Below are positions 39,437-54,078 of a DNA stretch of 64,000 nucleotides, piece after piece. The notes under the pieces are model-generated. The model saw only the letters and a list, made by a program, of their open reading frames with translations, ran no database searches and had not been told where the DNA came from. The stretch covers positions 2,914,001-2,978,000 of the forward strand of contig OX597835.1 of NCBI GenBank assembly GCA_951406725.2, read 5' to 3'. Position numbers and translations under genes: made by a program. How positions within the stretch are numbered: the first letter of the stretch is position 1; the number at the start of each line of letters is the position of its first letter. This DNA comes from Octopus vulgaris. Taxonomy: Eukaryota.

Positions 39437-40809
39437 GTCAACGGTTATTAAAGAATTTTCAGCAGAGTTTGCGATGCTCGAAAGGTTCGCAGCTTCATAC
39501 CGAAAACAAAGAATTGTTTCTGGTACATGCACAAGGTTAGTCGTTAGAATCGATCGCGGTACTTGACTAGTACTCTATTTTATCAATCACAAGGGGATAT
39601 AATGCAATGTTGATCTGAACTCGGAATGTAATAAAGCTGCAGAAATACCGTACGTTTTTTTTTTCTTCTTCGAAACCACTAGAGGATCTACCGACTAGTG
39701 CTTCTATCAAAGCTAGATTCAGATAATAAGTAATTATATAATTTGAATTTTTGTTTTATTTTATTTATTGTTATTCATTCATTTATTTAATTATATTGAA
39801 TTTGTATGGTGAAAACTTCTCAGAATGGAGAGTTTAAATTCCTACCAACCAAAGTCTCGTCGATATGTTGGTTTTTGAATGCGTAAATGTGAAAAGAAAT
39901 TCAAGGAATTTGTGTCAAATTGGTAGCTAAATACAGTGCAATTAATAAAATATGCCATACAAAATATTGAAGAGAAGTCACCAATAATGGTTATAAAACA
40001 GAACGGGTTGTATTTCAGTTGTTATTTTTGTTTGGTGAAGACGTTTTCTTCTTCTCTTTTCTGCCATTGGTTTTTACTGCTTTTTTTCACACATTAATCA
40101 TTTCCACTCGAATGAAATATGTTTCGTTGCAATAATGCCATTCTTTGACGGTAAAATATAAACGAGCTTGAAATAATCAGATGAAATCGGTCAGAAATTT
40201 GTTGACCACGAAATCAACAACGTATTGGCTGCAGATAAATGGGTAAAAGATATATGAGCATGTCGGCTTAATAAAATGGACGATTAAAAAATAATTTCAA
40301 CCTGCCACTTCATTGGTTTTCTGTTTCTAGATCATTGTTAGGTATGTGGGTTGAGGATTTTACAATAGGATGTAGTAAATTCGAACTTGCTCTGTTACAC
40401 GACTCGATCCAAACCTATTTAATTCACGTCATTAGAGATTAAATTAAGGAATTTCTTTAATTCAGTCGAGCGATATATTCCTCAAATTAAATTTTGTCTC
40501 CAACATTAGAAAGATAGATTAGAAAATATAGATTATGCTAGAAAGAATTAAATAGGATAGTCACCTATATATATTTGCAATAACCCACTACACTTTTGGT
40601 TTCGTTTACTAAATTACATTACAAACTATTCTAACCTCAGTAATACGATTAATGTCTCAATCATTAGTGCTACTATTATTACCAGAAATACAAGTAATAG
40701 TTGGTATGATACTAACAACGCTACAGTTGGTATGACACTGTGACTAAGAACATAACAAGATCCACGTTCTGTTCTATGTGTATATCGATTGCAATGCCTA
40801 TGTATATAC

Positions 40810-40845
<36 letters not shown>

Positions 40846-41115
40846 ATAGATGTATACGTACAAATAAAGATATAAATACACATATATTTATGTAGATTTT
40901 ATATATATATATATATATATATAAAACATAAACGTATATATAAACGCACACATACATATATATCCATATGTATATGTATATATATATATATACATATATA
41001 CATATATATGTATATATATATATATGAATATATATATATGAATATATGTATTTATATATATATATATATATATATATGTACATATACATACACATGTACA
41101 TATACATACACATTC

Positions 41116-41150
<35 letters not shown>

Positions 41151-41678
41151 TATGTATATACATACTCACATATATACATGTATATATATATGTGTGTGTT
41201 TAAGTGTGTATGTAGTATGTATATATATATATACATACATATATATATATATATATATGAATGTGTATTTGCAAGTAAGTGTGTGTGTTTGTGTGTGAAT
41301 GTGTATGAGTGCGTGCGTGTGTACGTGTGTGTCTGTTTGTCTGTCGAAACGTGCTGTTGTATGTTCACCCACAAACTATTGACATTTGCTCTTAAAGTGT
41401 ATTTAACATTTTCACATAATACATTCTGTTTGAAATCTGATAAAAGATGATCTGATTAAAATTCTTCACGAAATATAATGAGTTAACTGATGCCAACGTT
41501 CATTTGATTCTAGTTTACCAAAGAATGTATCAATGCAATTGAAAGCCTAGTGATTCTCCAATATACATGCATGTATGCTTATAACTACACATACACACAT
41601 ACATAAATGTGCAATGTACATATGTTTGTGTATATATATGTGTGTATATATAAATATATATGTGTGTGTGTTTGTTTA

Positions 41679-41710
<32 letters not shown>

Positions 41711-41762
41711 AAGAATATATACATACATATATATATACACACATACATTAATAATGACGATG

Positions 41763-41838
<76 letters not shown>

Positions 41839-41912
41839 TAATAATAATTATAATAAGAAGACGAAGAAGAAGAAGAGGAAGTAGAGGAAGAAGAAGAAGA
41901 AGAAGAAGAATC

Positions 41913-42277
41913 TCAAGAGCACTTAGAGAGCGCAAACTTCCGCCAAGGCAACACCAACGCCCTCTCAGCGATTTGCCAGAGATGATTTTTAAAATGAGAA
42001 TATCTGAAATAAACTCGACGGAACTCACAAACGAGAATACTAAAAATAAACTCTCAAAAATTAAGTAAAAACAAACAGGTAAATTAATCCAGAATTCTTG
42101 TCCGGTACAGGATCGCCCCCCCATCTAATCTGTTCATGCCAGTCACCAGGCCAAACATCCCTGAAAGTTTCATAAGAATCCATCCACCGGTTCTTAAGAC
42201 ATCTTGTCCAAGGACAAACAATCCAAGAAAACTGATTGAAGACAATACTACCGCCTTCGCAAAGGCGGAAGTAATAA
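41913..42277 (-). mobile_element. Helentron-associated non-autonomous element (HINE/DINE-1-like), complete
   Basis: Sub-terminal inverted repeats acttccgcc (~41936) and ggcggaagt (~42265), hairpin ccgccttcgcaaaggcgg at one end, small stem gcactt..gagcgc at the other, no TSD. Confidence 0.72.
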
Positions 42278-42315
42278 TCCAAAGATGGAATTATAATGTG
42301 TGTGCGTATGTGTGA

Positions 42316-42355
<40 letters not shown>

Positions 42356-42378
42356 TAGCTAGATTAGATAGATCGATC

Positions 42379-42426
<48 letters not shown>

Positions 42427-42938
42427 CGCCTGTGTGTGATTGTATGTATGTGTATTTTTGACGTCATAACAACTTTATAAACTTTCGAGTACATGGGAAA
42501 TGATTGGGTTTGGGAACAGTGGATCTCGAAGTATAAATAGGTCTTTAAATTACAGCGAGTAAATATTAGGTTGACAACCCCTTTTCTAAGCCTCCGACCT
42601 TTTCTAATCAAAATAGTTTCTCTCTGTTATTTATTGTCGTGAAGGCACAACTACTGCGGTGAATTGAACACACGCTCTTGACGCAGAATGAATTCAGAGA
42701 GTGAGAGAGCAGGAGGTAGGAGAAGAGAGGTGAGGGAGGGGGAGAGAGAGAGAGGAAGAAGAAGTGAGAGAGAAGGAAGAAGAAGGGAAGAGCGGGAAGA
42801 TTTTTACTGATAATTTACGAACGGATTTGGAAAGGATAAAAATACAAAGTTGATCTCGGCAGGTTTTGAACCCAGAGCGTTGGTACAAATATCGCAAATC
42901 ATTCCAGTTCCCTTGTGTGTGTGTGTTTATACATACAT

Positions 42939-42995
<57 letters not shown>

Positions 42996-43234
42996 TATAT
43001 ATATATTGATATATAAGCATATATATGTATGTATGTATCTATATATATATATATTTATATATACATGATATAGAAGTATACATGTATGTATATATATGTA
43101 TATTTATATATATATTGATACATATGCATATATTTTATATGTATGCATATATATGTATGTGTGTATATATATATATATTTATATATATATGATGTAGAAG
43201 TATATATATGTATATATGTGTGTATGTATGTATA

Positions 43235-43297
<63 letters not shown>

Positions 43298-44439
43298 AAA
43301 TGCAAGGAGAGGAAATTGATAAAAAATACAAACTATATTACCAAAATACAAAATAGAGAAAACAAAAAAATGAAGATAGAAGAAAAGCAGCAATAAAATA
43401 TAAGTAAAAAAAAAACGGTGCAATTCTTTAAACGTACGATTAGTTTTAAGATCATTCTAAAATGGAGAAGCGGGAAAGCAGAACGCACGTGAAAGGAACT
43501 AATCGTTTATAAATATATATTGCATTGTCTGAGAAAATTCTCAGAATACTTTGTGTCTTTGAAATACCAACAAGCTCTTGTAATTTCTGAAAAAGGTGAC
43601 GCTTCTTATGGACAGCTATTGACATATGTGACGAAAAAAAAATACCTGAAGTTAATTACCAATTGACATATTTAGCGCTTCTTTGTTTTTGTTCCTTTTG
43701 TTTTCTTTTCCTTTTCTTTGAGTGTCAGTCTCTGGTCAGTAGTTAATCTTCACTAGCTCTCATCTTCAACTCGTTTTCGTATCAACTAATCAAATGTCAT
43801 GTTAGAATGTTATTGTATTTTTGTTTACGTTTCACTTTTAATTTTATTTTTCATTGGTTTCATGGGAGACAAGTGTTTAGTTTATCGGATGGTCGGTCGG
43901 TTGGCTGGACAGCCTGTCGTGTGATATTTATATTTCTAAAGTACTGCTTGTTGGTTTTGTAGAGTAGTAAATTTATTTAAATTTCAAGTGTTTATTGTAA
44001 ATGAAAATACAATTTAGAAGACAGCATATACTAGTATACTTTGATACTTCAGATGATTTTATGGCACTCTTTCATATATTCATATATATATAAATCCATA
44101 ATAGACTTTCATACACGTTTTCGTTTCTGTTAATTTTTCTCTTTTACAACTTATTTGCAAATATTCGGTTTCCATTCCCCTTCTACGCAATTTCTTTTTC
44201 CTTCCTGGTTTTTAGGAATAAGTTTCTTGGATGTTTTTTCCTTAAACTCTTCAAACAGACGCGAATGACAATACATAACATTAATTATAATTATTATTAT
44301 TATAATTATTTCTGACATATTTGTCTTGCCCTTTGAAACGTCCGTATGTACTTATTAAATCTAATTTTGATTTTTTAACATCTTTTCTCCATTTTTATAA
44401 TTGTTTATGGTATCCCATATACCTATAACGGACTTTTTC

Positions 44440-44517
<78 letters not shown>

Positions 44518-45390
44518 CTCTCATCAACTTCTTCAAGTATCACTTGAAGAGGAAGGTGAGAGTAGAGAGGCAAGTTTTGTCTAGTGAATGTTCCCCAAAA
44601 AGATGGGTGAATGTAGCAAGGAGAGCACGTGTGAATGACGGAGCAACCTTGAGCATAATCCTATGAACCCCCCCCCAAAAAAAAAACAAATCAGAAAAGA
44701 GAGCCACTTGCTGTAATGTGTGTTTTTTTGTTTTTTGGTTGAAACCAAGTGTTTGGGAAGCAAACTTCTTACCACAGAGCAATGTAATATAGAAACTGAA
44801 TCTCCTTCGATCCAGGCTTTCATTGTAGAGTGTGTATGCCTCGGTATTAAGATTCTAATATGTATGCGTGTGTTTGTATGTATAGGTGTATGTATGTATA
44901 TGTGTATGTATGTATATGTGTAAGTATGTATGTATGTATGTATATATGTTTGTATGTACATATATGTATGTATGTACATATATGTATGTATGTACATATA
45001 TATATGTATGTATGTATTTGTGCGGGAGTATTTATGTATGGTTGTAGGTGCGAGCGGACATGTGCATAGAATATGACGGAGATACAAAGAAATGACTTCA
45101 AAAATCTAAAAGAATTGGTCTGGTGAAGGGATGTGAAGCAACTCAGTCAACCGATGAAAGATAGCGTTGCCATGAAAGTCAAAGACTCCGAAATAGATTT
45201 AATGTGAATTGTTTGACATATCTCTGTGAATATGACAATGCAGATACATATATGTATATAAACATACATATAGATTAATACATACATACATACATGCATG
45301 CATACATATATATATAAACACACTCACAAACACACCATTTGGAGACATATGCATACGTGTAGAACGAGATAGAAGAAAAGGAGAAAGATA

Positions 45391-45428
<38 letters not shown>

Positions 45429-45811
45429 ATGTGTGTGTGTGTGTGTCAGAGAGAGAGAGAGTTGTGAAATGTCTGGAATTAATTATGCATTGCACTATAG
45501 AAGAACCAGGAAATAAATGTACGTGTATCAGAATATATTACAAATCCTACATAACGTATACACATACTTACACACACACACAAAGATGCGCACCCATAGC
45601 CGTAATCGTAATCAGTTTTATAATTAGACATTTCTGTCGTCTTTTCAACGTTTGCGTTGAAAAATCATTGAGTTTAAATTTGCTGGTCATCATTTTGGGG
45701 TCAATAAAAAAAGTGTCAAGTGAGCAATAGGGTCCAATGGGATCGATTCTTCCCGCTCCCAAACGCTTCTGGCTCTGTGTCCCTTATTATTAAGGTAGTG
45801 ACCTGTCAGAT

Positions 45812-46245
45812 TCGGTAATGCGGTGGGTAAAATGATTAGCAAAATTTCGCCCGTCTTTACGTTCTGAGTTCAAATTCCGCCGTGGTCGACTTTGCCTTTC
45901 ATCCTTTCGGGGTCGATCAAATAAGTACCTATTTCTTTATTACTCACAAGGGGCTAAAGACAGAGGGAACAAACAAGGACAGACAAACGGATTAAGTCGA
46001 TTACATCGACCTCAGTTCGTAACTGGTACTTAATTTATCGACCCCGAAAGGATGAAAGGCAAAGCCGACCTCGGCGGAATTTGAACTCACAACGTAACGC
46101 AGACGAAATACCGCTAAGCATTTCGCCCGGCGTGCTAACGTTTCTGCCAGCTCGCCAAATAAGTACCAGTCGATCATTGGGGTTGATGTACTCGACTTAT
46201 CCCTTTCCTGAACTTGTTAGCCTTGTGCTAAAATTTGAAATTAGT
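45812..46245. mobile_element. SINE B (plus) with a full SINE B (minus, 45930-46156) inserted in its core
   Basis: TSD aaataagtacc at 45919-45929 and 46157-46167. Confidence 0.88.
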
Positions 46246-46264
46246 ATTGTTGGACTTATCAGAA

Positions 46265-46500
46265 CGCTCGGCGTTGTTTTTCCTGGTAGATTCTGTGAGA
46301 GCAGACGGCATCCCATCCTCAGGGTCTCTCAGGCTCTCACTAATCCGAGATATTTCTACTCCAGTTAAGTAACCCTTCCTCCCAACCACTCTCACTTGCT
46401 TCATTAGTTTATTTTCTGAAACTGGACACATGTCTTTGTCCATCCAAAATGTCAGCCTAATCCGCGACTTCTTTCCAGCGTTGCTCTTTCATGACTTTCA
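46265..46500 (-). mobile_element. Possible R4-type LINE reverse transcriptase relic
   Basis: Minus-strand IRLTF-MDK...KYLG motifs in mixed frames. Confidence 0.4.
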
Positions 46501-46539
46501 ATAAGTGTATCGAACTCTTCTGGGGTGTATCGAACTCTT

Positions 46540-46820
46540 CCGCCGAGGTCGACTTTGCCTTTCATCCTTTCGGGGTCGATAAATTAAGTACTAGTTACGC
46601 ACTGGGGTCGATGTAATCGACTTAATCCCTTTGTCTGTCCTTGTTTGTCCCCTCTGTGTTTAGCCCCTTGTTGGTAGTAAAGAAATAGGTACTTATTTAA
46701 TCGACCCCGAAAGGATGAAAGGCAACGTGGACCTCGGCGGAATTTGAACTCAGAACGTAACGGCAGACGAAATAACGCTAGGCATTTCGCCCGGCGTGCT
46801 AACGACTCTGCCAGCTCGCC
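46540..46820. mobile_element. Inverted SINE B pair
   Basis: Plus copy 46540-46687 joined at gaaata|ggtactta to minus copy 46688-46820. Confidence 0.87.
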
Positions 46821-46844
46821 GTCTTTTTTATATTTTCTACAGGC

Positions 46845-47245
46845 ATATAGGCGCAAGGATGGCTATGTGGTAAGACGTTGGCTCCCTGTTTACATGGCAC
46901 ATCCCTGGCATCTTGGACAAGTGCCCTCTACCATAGTCTCAGACCAACTAGACTATTGTAAGTAGATTTACTTGAGGGAAACCGAAAGATTCCCGCTGCA
47001 TACGTGTGTGTTTGTGACTTAATGTCTGTGTTTGTCGCACTCCACAACTTGACAACTGTTGCTGATGTCTTACTTCCCTGTAAATTAGCGGTTTTGAGAA
47101 GAGAGAACAATAGAACAATAACCACCAGGCTTACAAAAGATATAAGTACTGCGGTCAGTTCCTTCAACTAAAATTTTCAAGGTGGTGCCCCAGCAAGGCC
47201 GCTGTTTAATGACTGAAGCCAGTAACAGATAAAAGACAAAAAGAT
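46845..47245 (+). mobile_element. SINE family C, diverged
   Basis: Head ggcgcaaggatggctatgtggtaag through tail gactgaagccagtaacagataaaag. Confidence 0.75.
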
Positions 47246-48044
47246 ACATTTGTATACATGTGTCCTTGTATATACAAATATATACGTATATCTACATATG
47301 TATATACATACATCTACGCATTCATTTTGTAGTTGAGACTAATTCCAATTTCACATTCATGATCGTAATGTAAGCGCAAGTGTTCACTTAACTGTAGACG
47401 TGTGTAGATATATATACGTGAACACACACACACTTACACGTACAAACACACACTGATACATGTACACGCGCATGTACACACAAGTACGTAAATTATCTAG
47501 AGTGTAGTATGAACACGTAAACGTGTAGGCGGCGTTAAGTGGATATAGGTACGGAACTTTTCAATTCAGCAGAACCACTTTCTGAGAATTCCATAAAAGA
47601 CATGAATTCATTCATACTACTGTCTTTATTATGCAACTTTCGTATGCAGAATACAAAAAGTGAGTTATTGAATTGAAACGACTACATTTCAACGGGTGTA
47701 ATTGAAGCTTGTATACAGCCAGAGTAGCTGTTGGTGGTGGTGGTGGTGGTGGGTGGGGAGGGAGACATGACAGAGAGAGAGAGAGAGAGGGAGAGGGAAG
47801 GGGAGTGAAGAATTTGCTACAATTTCCTTATGAGTGTATATATATATATACATATATATAAGTATATATATGTATATATATATATTTATATATAAGCGCG
47901 TAAATATGTGTACATAGATACATATACACATATATATATGTATATGTATGTATGCATAAATATATATATATATAAGCACGTAAATATGTCTATATACATA
48001 CATACATAAATATATATATGTATATATATCCATAAATATATATG

Positions 48045-48075
<31 letters not shown>

Positions 48076-48288
48076 GTATATATCCATAAATATATATATA
48101 TATATATGTATGTATATATATATATATATGTATATATATCCATAAATATATATATATATATACATGTATATATATATATATATGTATGTATGTATATATA
48201 TACATATATATATATATATATAAGCGCGTAAATATGTGTACATACACACACACACACACACACACAAACGCACATTCGCACACCCACC

Positions 48289-48321
<33 letters not shown>

Positions 48322-48609
48322 GCATGCATGTATATATCCTTTCCTCTTTCACTTTCTTCCACATATATACCTCACCAAAAATATAGTTATCAATGGCGTT
48401 TCTGTTTTCAGATTCCAGTTCTCCCTTGGGAAGGATGGAAGCCGTTGTGTGCGCATGCGTGTACATGTTTTTCACGTGCGTGTGTGTATATGTAGGTTTC
48501 TGCTAGCTTTATTTTCCTGATGCTGTTTTCTATTCAATTTCTAAAATAAGTTTTATTTCGAATGTATTCTACATCTTACCACAGAAATAATATCTTCTAC
48601 ATTTTATTC

Positions 48610-48755
48610 GTGTCAGTTATTTGATCGTGGCCATACATTGAAGAATTAATGGGTCGAACGATTCCACACCAGTACTTACTTTAGTTGCAAGACTGGTACT
48701 TATTCTATCACATTCTTTTGCCGAACCGCTATGTTACCTCGATGTAAATACACCG
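48610..48755 (-). mobile_element. SINE family C 3' part
   Basis: ggtacttattctatc...ttttgccgaaccgcta matches family C. Confidence 0.65.
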
Positions 48756-49282
48756 ACTTATTTTAGAACATGGTTGAGTCCAAAAAATACGATTTGGCTA
48801 CACTTCCATTTAGATCACAGTTTAAGCTATCTTTTCGTGGAAGAAGGTTTATGTTCCTATAACCTGTGTTAATTCTGTAACCCTTTAAAATGGAAGATAA
48901 GAAAGTTCACTTTCGGTATTTGATGCTTTGGGAACCAGACAAAAATTGCTGAAGCTCGGCTGGGATGTGTTACCCCCACCCTCCATATTCACCAGATATT
49001 GCTCCTCCTTCGGATTTCCACTTATTCAGGTTTCAACAGAATAGTTTTAATGGTAAAAATTTCAATTCCTTGGATGACATAAAAAGATGATACCTTGATG
49101 AATTCTTTGTCATGAAACCACCTCAATTCTTGGAAGAGGGTATTTTCAAGTTAAAAGAAAGATGGAGACGCATTGTGCAACAAAATGGTTCATATTTGGT
49201 TGATTAAAAATGCAATGGCAAGTATTTATTGACCTTTTTCTTTCCTTTAAAAATCGGCGCGAACTTTCCGGACAACCCAATA
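48756..49282 (+). mobile_element. Internally deleted mariner (mellifera-like)
   Basis: MEDKKVHFRYLMLWE fused to RQKLLKLGWDVL...HPPYSPDIAP...DFHLFR...GIFKLKERWRRIVQQNGSY. Right TIR ...ggacaacccaa-TA. Confidence 0.88.
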
Positions 49283-49891
49283 GTTTTGAACTTCTTTGAA
49301 ATTAATCAATAATATCTCTCCTGAAAAGGTCTGAAAACTTCTGCAATGCACCTCCTATCTTTTTGTTCTTCCCATTTGCATTTTTCCTGAGGAAAATCAT
49401 CAATATTCAAACTTTGGTAAAGTGGTCCATAATTACCGATGCCTGAAGATATGACGTATGGAGAAGTAAAGCAATACTTTGCAGGGACATATATCACGAG
49501 CTGCCCTTCATTAAAATAATATAAAAAAAGAGGTAAATATGCACAAGAGTATTGAAAATTAAGAAACGCTATGCGAAAACGTTGCAGCAGTGTTTATTGA
49601 GCTTCCTAGTATTACAGGGATATTTTCTGAAACGTGACTGTATAGATCTTTGTAGAAATGGTGGTATAACGTTACCATTAAACCAATTAAATATCGGATA
49701 ATTGATACGTTCATCAACTGTCATAATGTTTTAAATTAACAGCTAAATCAGTGTAAGACTTAGCTCTCCTTTTCTTCTTGCAGCTTGCTTCTATGCAACA
49801 TCATCATCATTACTTGGTCTATGTTCAATAAATTATTGTTATATTTTTTATAGAAAATGATGTCAAGCATATAAGGTTCTTACTAGTGAAT

Positions 49892-50110
49892 GGGCGAGCT
49901 GGCAGAATGAGTTATAACGTTGGCAATATTGCTCTGTGGTATTTTTCCGACTCATTACATCCCTAGTTCAAATTCTGACGATGCTCATTTTGTATTTGAT
50001 ACTTTCAGAGTCAATAAATAAGTACCAGTTAAGCACTGGGGTCGATGTATTCGACAAACCCCTTCCTTTCAAAATAGCTAGCTTTGTGCTAAAATTTGAA
50101 ACCATTATTT
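49892..50110 (+). mobile_element. SINE family B, diverged
   Basis: ggcgagctggcagaa head and aataagtaccag core. Confidence 0.75.
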
Positions 50111-50227
50111 TATTAAGGGTATTCTTAATATAATATGGACGCTGGACAAACGGACAGGCGAACCGACTGACTAGTTAAATTGCTCGGGGTTTGATTTGTT
50201 CCAAATCTCCAAGGAAACAAGAACTGG

Positions 50228-50345
50228 GAACTAGGCTTACAAAGAATAAGGCCTGGGGTCGACTTGTTCGACTAAAAGCGGTGCACCAGCGTGGCCACAG
50301 TCAAATGACTGAAACAAGTAAAGGAAAAGAATAAATAGAATATTA
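50228..50345 (+). mobile_element. SINE family C tail
   Basis: actaggcttacaaagaataag...gtcaaatgactgaaacaagtaaa. Confidence 0.8.
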
Positions 50346-50468
50346 TTATTGTGGTTGTTGTTTTTCTTGTTGTTGTTGTCGTCATCGTCGTAGTTGTTAT
50401 ATTTGCTAGGGTCGCTGTTGCTGCTAACGCAGTTGTTTTTCTTTATCGGTTTTCGCTGCTTTTGTTGT

Positions 50469-50554
50469 CATCATCATCCTCATCATCATCATCATCATCC
50501 TCATCCTCATCATCACCATCCTCCTCCTCCTCCTCCTCCTCCTCCTCCTCCTCC

Positions 50555-50588
<34 letters not shown>

Positions 50589-50641
50589 CATCATCATCAT
50601 CATCATCCTCATCCTCATCATCATCATCATCCTCCTCCTCC

Positions 50642-50702
<61 letters not shown>
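50469..50702. repeat. (CAT)n/(CCT)n microsatellite
   Basis: Seen directly. Confidence 0.96.
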
Positions 50703-51128
50703 TTTTCAAAATCTATTTGACGCTAATTTAGTTAACAGTGATGTTGCTGTGAGGTTTCGTGACTGCATCACGTTTCCAATTACAAGAATTTTTCTAAGAA
50801 TTCTGACAGAATACGAAATGACACTTTGCTGCCGGTCGACAATTTGTGTCCGAATCGGAATTTATTTCAGGTCGTTGTTTTTTTTTTTATGGTAAGCAGT
50901 TCGGATGTTGAGCCAAACACACTAACCCTAACACTAATTGCCACAGAAGCAACATTTGAATTGCAATTCTTCTTTGCGTTTTGGTGCTCACACCTCTCTT
51001 CAGGTTCTGAATCCAAATTTAGACCTTGTCAGATATTAAAGCTTCATGTTATCAAATGACCACTTCCTTAAATTTCAAGTGTTTGACCTGTGCTAAGAGC
51101 TATGAGCATCACTTGGTTTTCGAAATCA

Positions 51129-51159
<31 letters not shown>

Positions 51160-51162
51160 GGT

Positions 51163-51542
51163 GGAAGCACTCCGTCGGTTACGACGACGAGGGTTCCGGT
51201 TGATCCGAATCAATGGAACAGCCTGCTCGTGAACTTAACGTGTAAGTGGATGAGCACTCCACAGACACGTGTACCCTTAACGTAGTTCTCGGGGATATTC
51301 AGCGTGACACAGAGAGTGACAAGGCCGGTCCTTTGAAATACAGGTACAACAGAAACAGGAGGTAAGAGTGAGAGAAAGTTGTGGTGAAATAGTACAGCAG
51401 GGATCACCCCCCCCCTGCCGGAACCTCGTGGAGCTTTTAGGTGTTTTCGCTCAATAAACACTCACAACGCCCGGTCTGGGAATAGAAACCACGATCCTAT
51501 GACCGCGAGTCCGCTGCCCTAACCACTGGGCCATTGCGCCTC

Positions 51543-51545
<3 letters not shown>
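51163..51545 (-). mobile_element. SINE family A, full length, tail 2, inside (TA)n
   Basis: Closely matches 23883-24266. Confidence 0.92.
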
Positions 51546-51608
<63 letters not shown>

Positions 51609-51610
51609 AG

Positions 51611-51656
<46 letters not shown>

Positions 51657-51694
51657 TACATACATACAGACACACACACACACACACATATATA

Positions 51695-52225
51695 TACGAG
51701 GTCTGATCAATAAGTATCTGGACTGTTACGATAATAACGAAGCGAAAGCACGTAGAGTGCATCTGTTTGGCAAAGATTGAACACGAACTTTATTGAGCAT
51801 GCGCAGTAAGCTTTAACTTTCTAGCTCACTTCCGTAGTTTACGGCAGAAAGTTGTCATGGCGACACCCGCTCAGGTGCCTACGCAAAGTTGTACAAAGTG
51901 TATGGAGAGGAGTGTACGAGTGGCACACAAATGGTTCGGACGTTTTCAAGATGGTCGAAAAATGTCGATATTGACGAACGTTCTGGCAGACCGGCAAACA
52001 GGAAAATTGAGAGAAACATCGTAGATGAGCGAGCAGCTGTGAGGGGAAATCGTCGAATCATCATCGGTGAGTTACCAGAGAATGCGCAGATTAGTGACGG
52101 TTCAGTTTAGTCCATTATCACCGAGGATTTGGGTATGAGACGCGTGTCTGTCAAGAGACTCGGTTTTCAGTTGCTCAAAATCTCATTGATTGTGTCTAGG
52201 ACGATGGAAACCTTTTGAAAACTTT
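51695..52225 (+). mobile_element. Mariner 5' part
   Basis: ta-cgaggtctgatcaataagt TIR. KVYGEECTS...DIDERSGRP...SIITEDLGMRRVS. Confidence 0.82.
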
Positions 52226-52405
52226 GCGTTGGCCTCTGGCCAGAAATCACCATGGTTTTGGCAAAATCTGATGCAGATTCTCTGCTCAACTTTCTCTGTC
52301 ATATACATATAATGAAAAACGTTTCCGTAATGAACTTAAAGGAATAAACCCACACACACAAACAGATATATATGCATATACATACATACATAATACATAC
52401 ATACT

Positions 52406-52480
<75 letters not shown>

Positions 52481-53294
52481 ATGGATGTATGTATCAACTG
52501 ATTCATAGATAGGCAGACAGAGACGGACAGATAGAAAGATAGATAAACAGATGGATGGATAGATAGATAGATAGATAGAGAGGCACATCTGTGTGTGTGT
52601 ACTCATGTGAGAGTGTATTTATGTATGTATATATGAACACATACTTATGCATATACATACATACAGAGAAAAGAGTCTCTTTAAACATGCTATATAAAAG
52701 ACATAATACGATAACTATGTTTGGGGTAAATCCTTTACATTAAGGATCTATTTTTTGTGCTTTCTTCAGAGTCCTTTGTATTGAATCTAAAACAAGTTTC
52801 CTAAGTCTATTCGGCTTTCAATATTGTCCCCATTTCCTTTGCTGCTTACTACTAAACTTGGCAACAATAAGCCACTATTCTTCATATCCTTTAGAAGATA
52901 AGGTTAAGGTCTTGGAGTATCAATAGAAAAACGAATGTAATTGTTCCAACCGAAATACCATGGACCAACAATGAAATGTGACGAAAATGTTTAAAATATT
53001 TTATGCGTGTTAGTGTGTACGTGTGTGTATATGTGTGTGTGCGTGTGTAAGTGTGTGTGTGTTTATATATATAACAGGAATAAATTAGCAAGCGACTAAG
53101 TCTTTAATATCACACACATGCAAACATACATTAATACACACATACATACACCCACACATATATACAAACATACATTGTTTATATATATATATATATATTA
53201 TATGTATGTATGTAAGTGCATATATATATATACATATATTTATACATACATGCATATTTATATGTATATATATATATATATGTTTATATGTATG

Positions 53295-53334
<40 letters not shown>

Positions 53335-53457
53335 AATCAATTAAGATTGAGATGAATTATGTACTTAAGTTGAGGCAACAAGTCTGTCCGGTATTATCTG
53401 CACAGTTTGAAGTAAGGTGAATAAAAGCAAATAAATAGCAAGGATGTCCAGGTATAA

Positions 53458-54078
53458 GTGCATTATTACAGTCGTTTGAGGTTGCACCAGTTAATCGAAC
53501 AATTGAAGCATTACATCAATTTGAAAATTTGCCGCCATCTTCGGATGTATAATATAGTTTTTCAACATACAGGATACTCCATTATAATTTTAGCAAATAT
53601 TTCATCAGAACTAGAAAATGAAAGAATAACATGCCGTTCATATTATAGCAGAATGAACTTAGAGAGAAAATACCCCACGATACCTTGGTGTTGCAGATGA
53701 AAATAACAATAGGGGTCATAAGATGGTAATATAGCTACAATGTTTATCTATCTCCTTATCACCATCAAAAGATCTAATGTAGCCAGTATACTAAGAATTA
53801 AAACCATGAGGAATTGACAGTTAAGTTCTTGCTGCTGATAAATTAATAACTGTCAGATAGCATCCCAAACCCTAAGTCACTATAGCTACAGGTTCCCTAT
53901 GACCACATAAAGAAATGAATCTCAGAAAATTTAGTAAGATTTCGGTAAATGCCCAGAATGAGGGAGTGTAGGGGTGATATAAACTATATCCGAAGATGGC
54001 GGTGTATTTCAAATTGACATAATGCATGCATTGTTCGATTAAATGGAGCCGCATGAAACGGCCGTTACTTGGATGCAT
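53458..54078. mobile_element. Unclassified old fold-back/MITE-like element with ~100-bp imperfect inverted arms
   Basis: 53458-53560 versus 53981-54078 share ttaatcgaacaat, tcaatttgaaa and ccgccatcttcggat in inverted orientation. Confidence 0.6.

Noticed and set aside
46505-46540. Direct repeat gtgtatcgaactcttc twice at a SINE 5' junction
   Set aside because: Most simply a small duplication formed at insertion, with no wider pattern.
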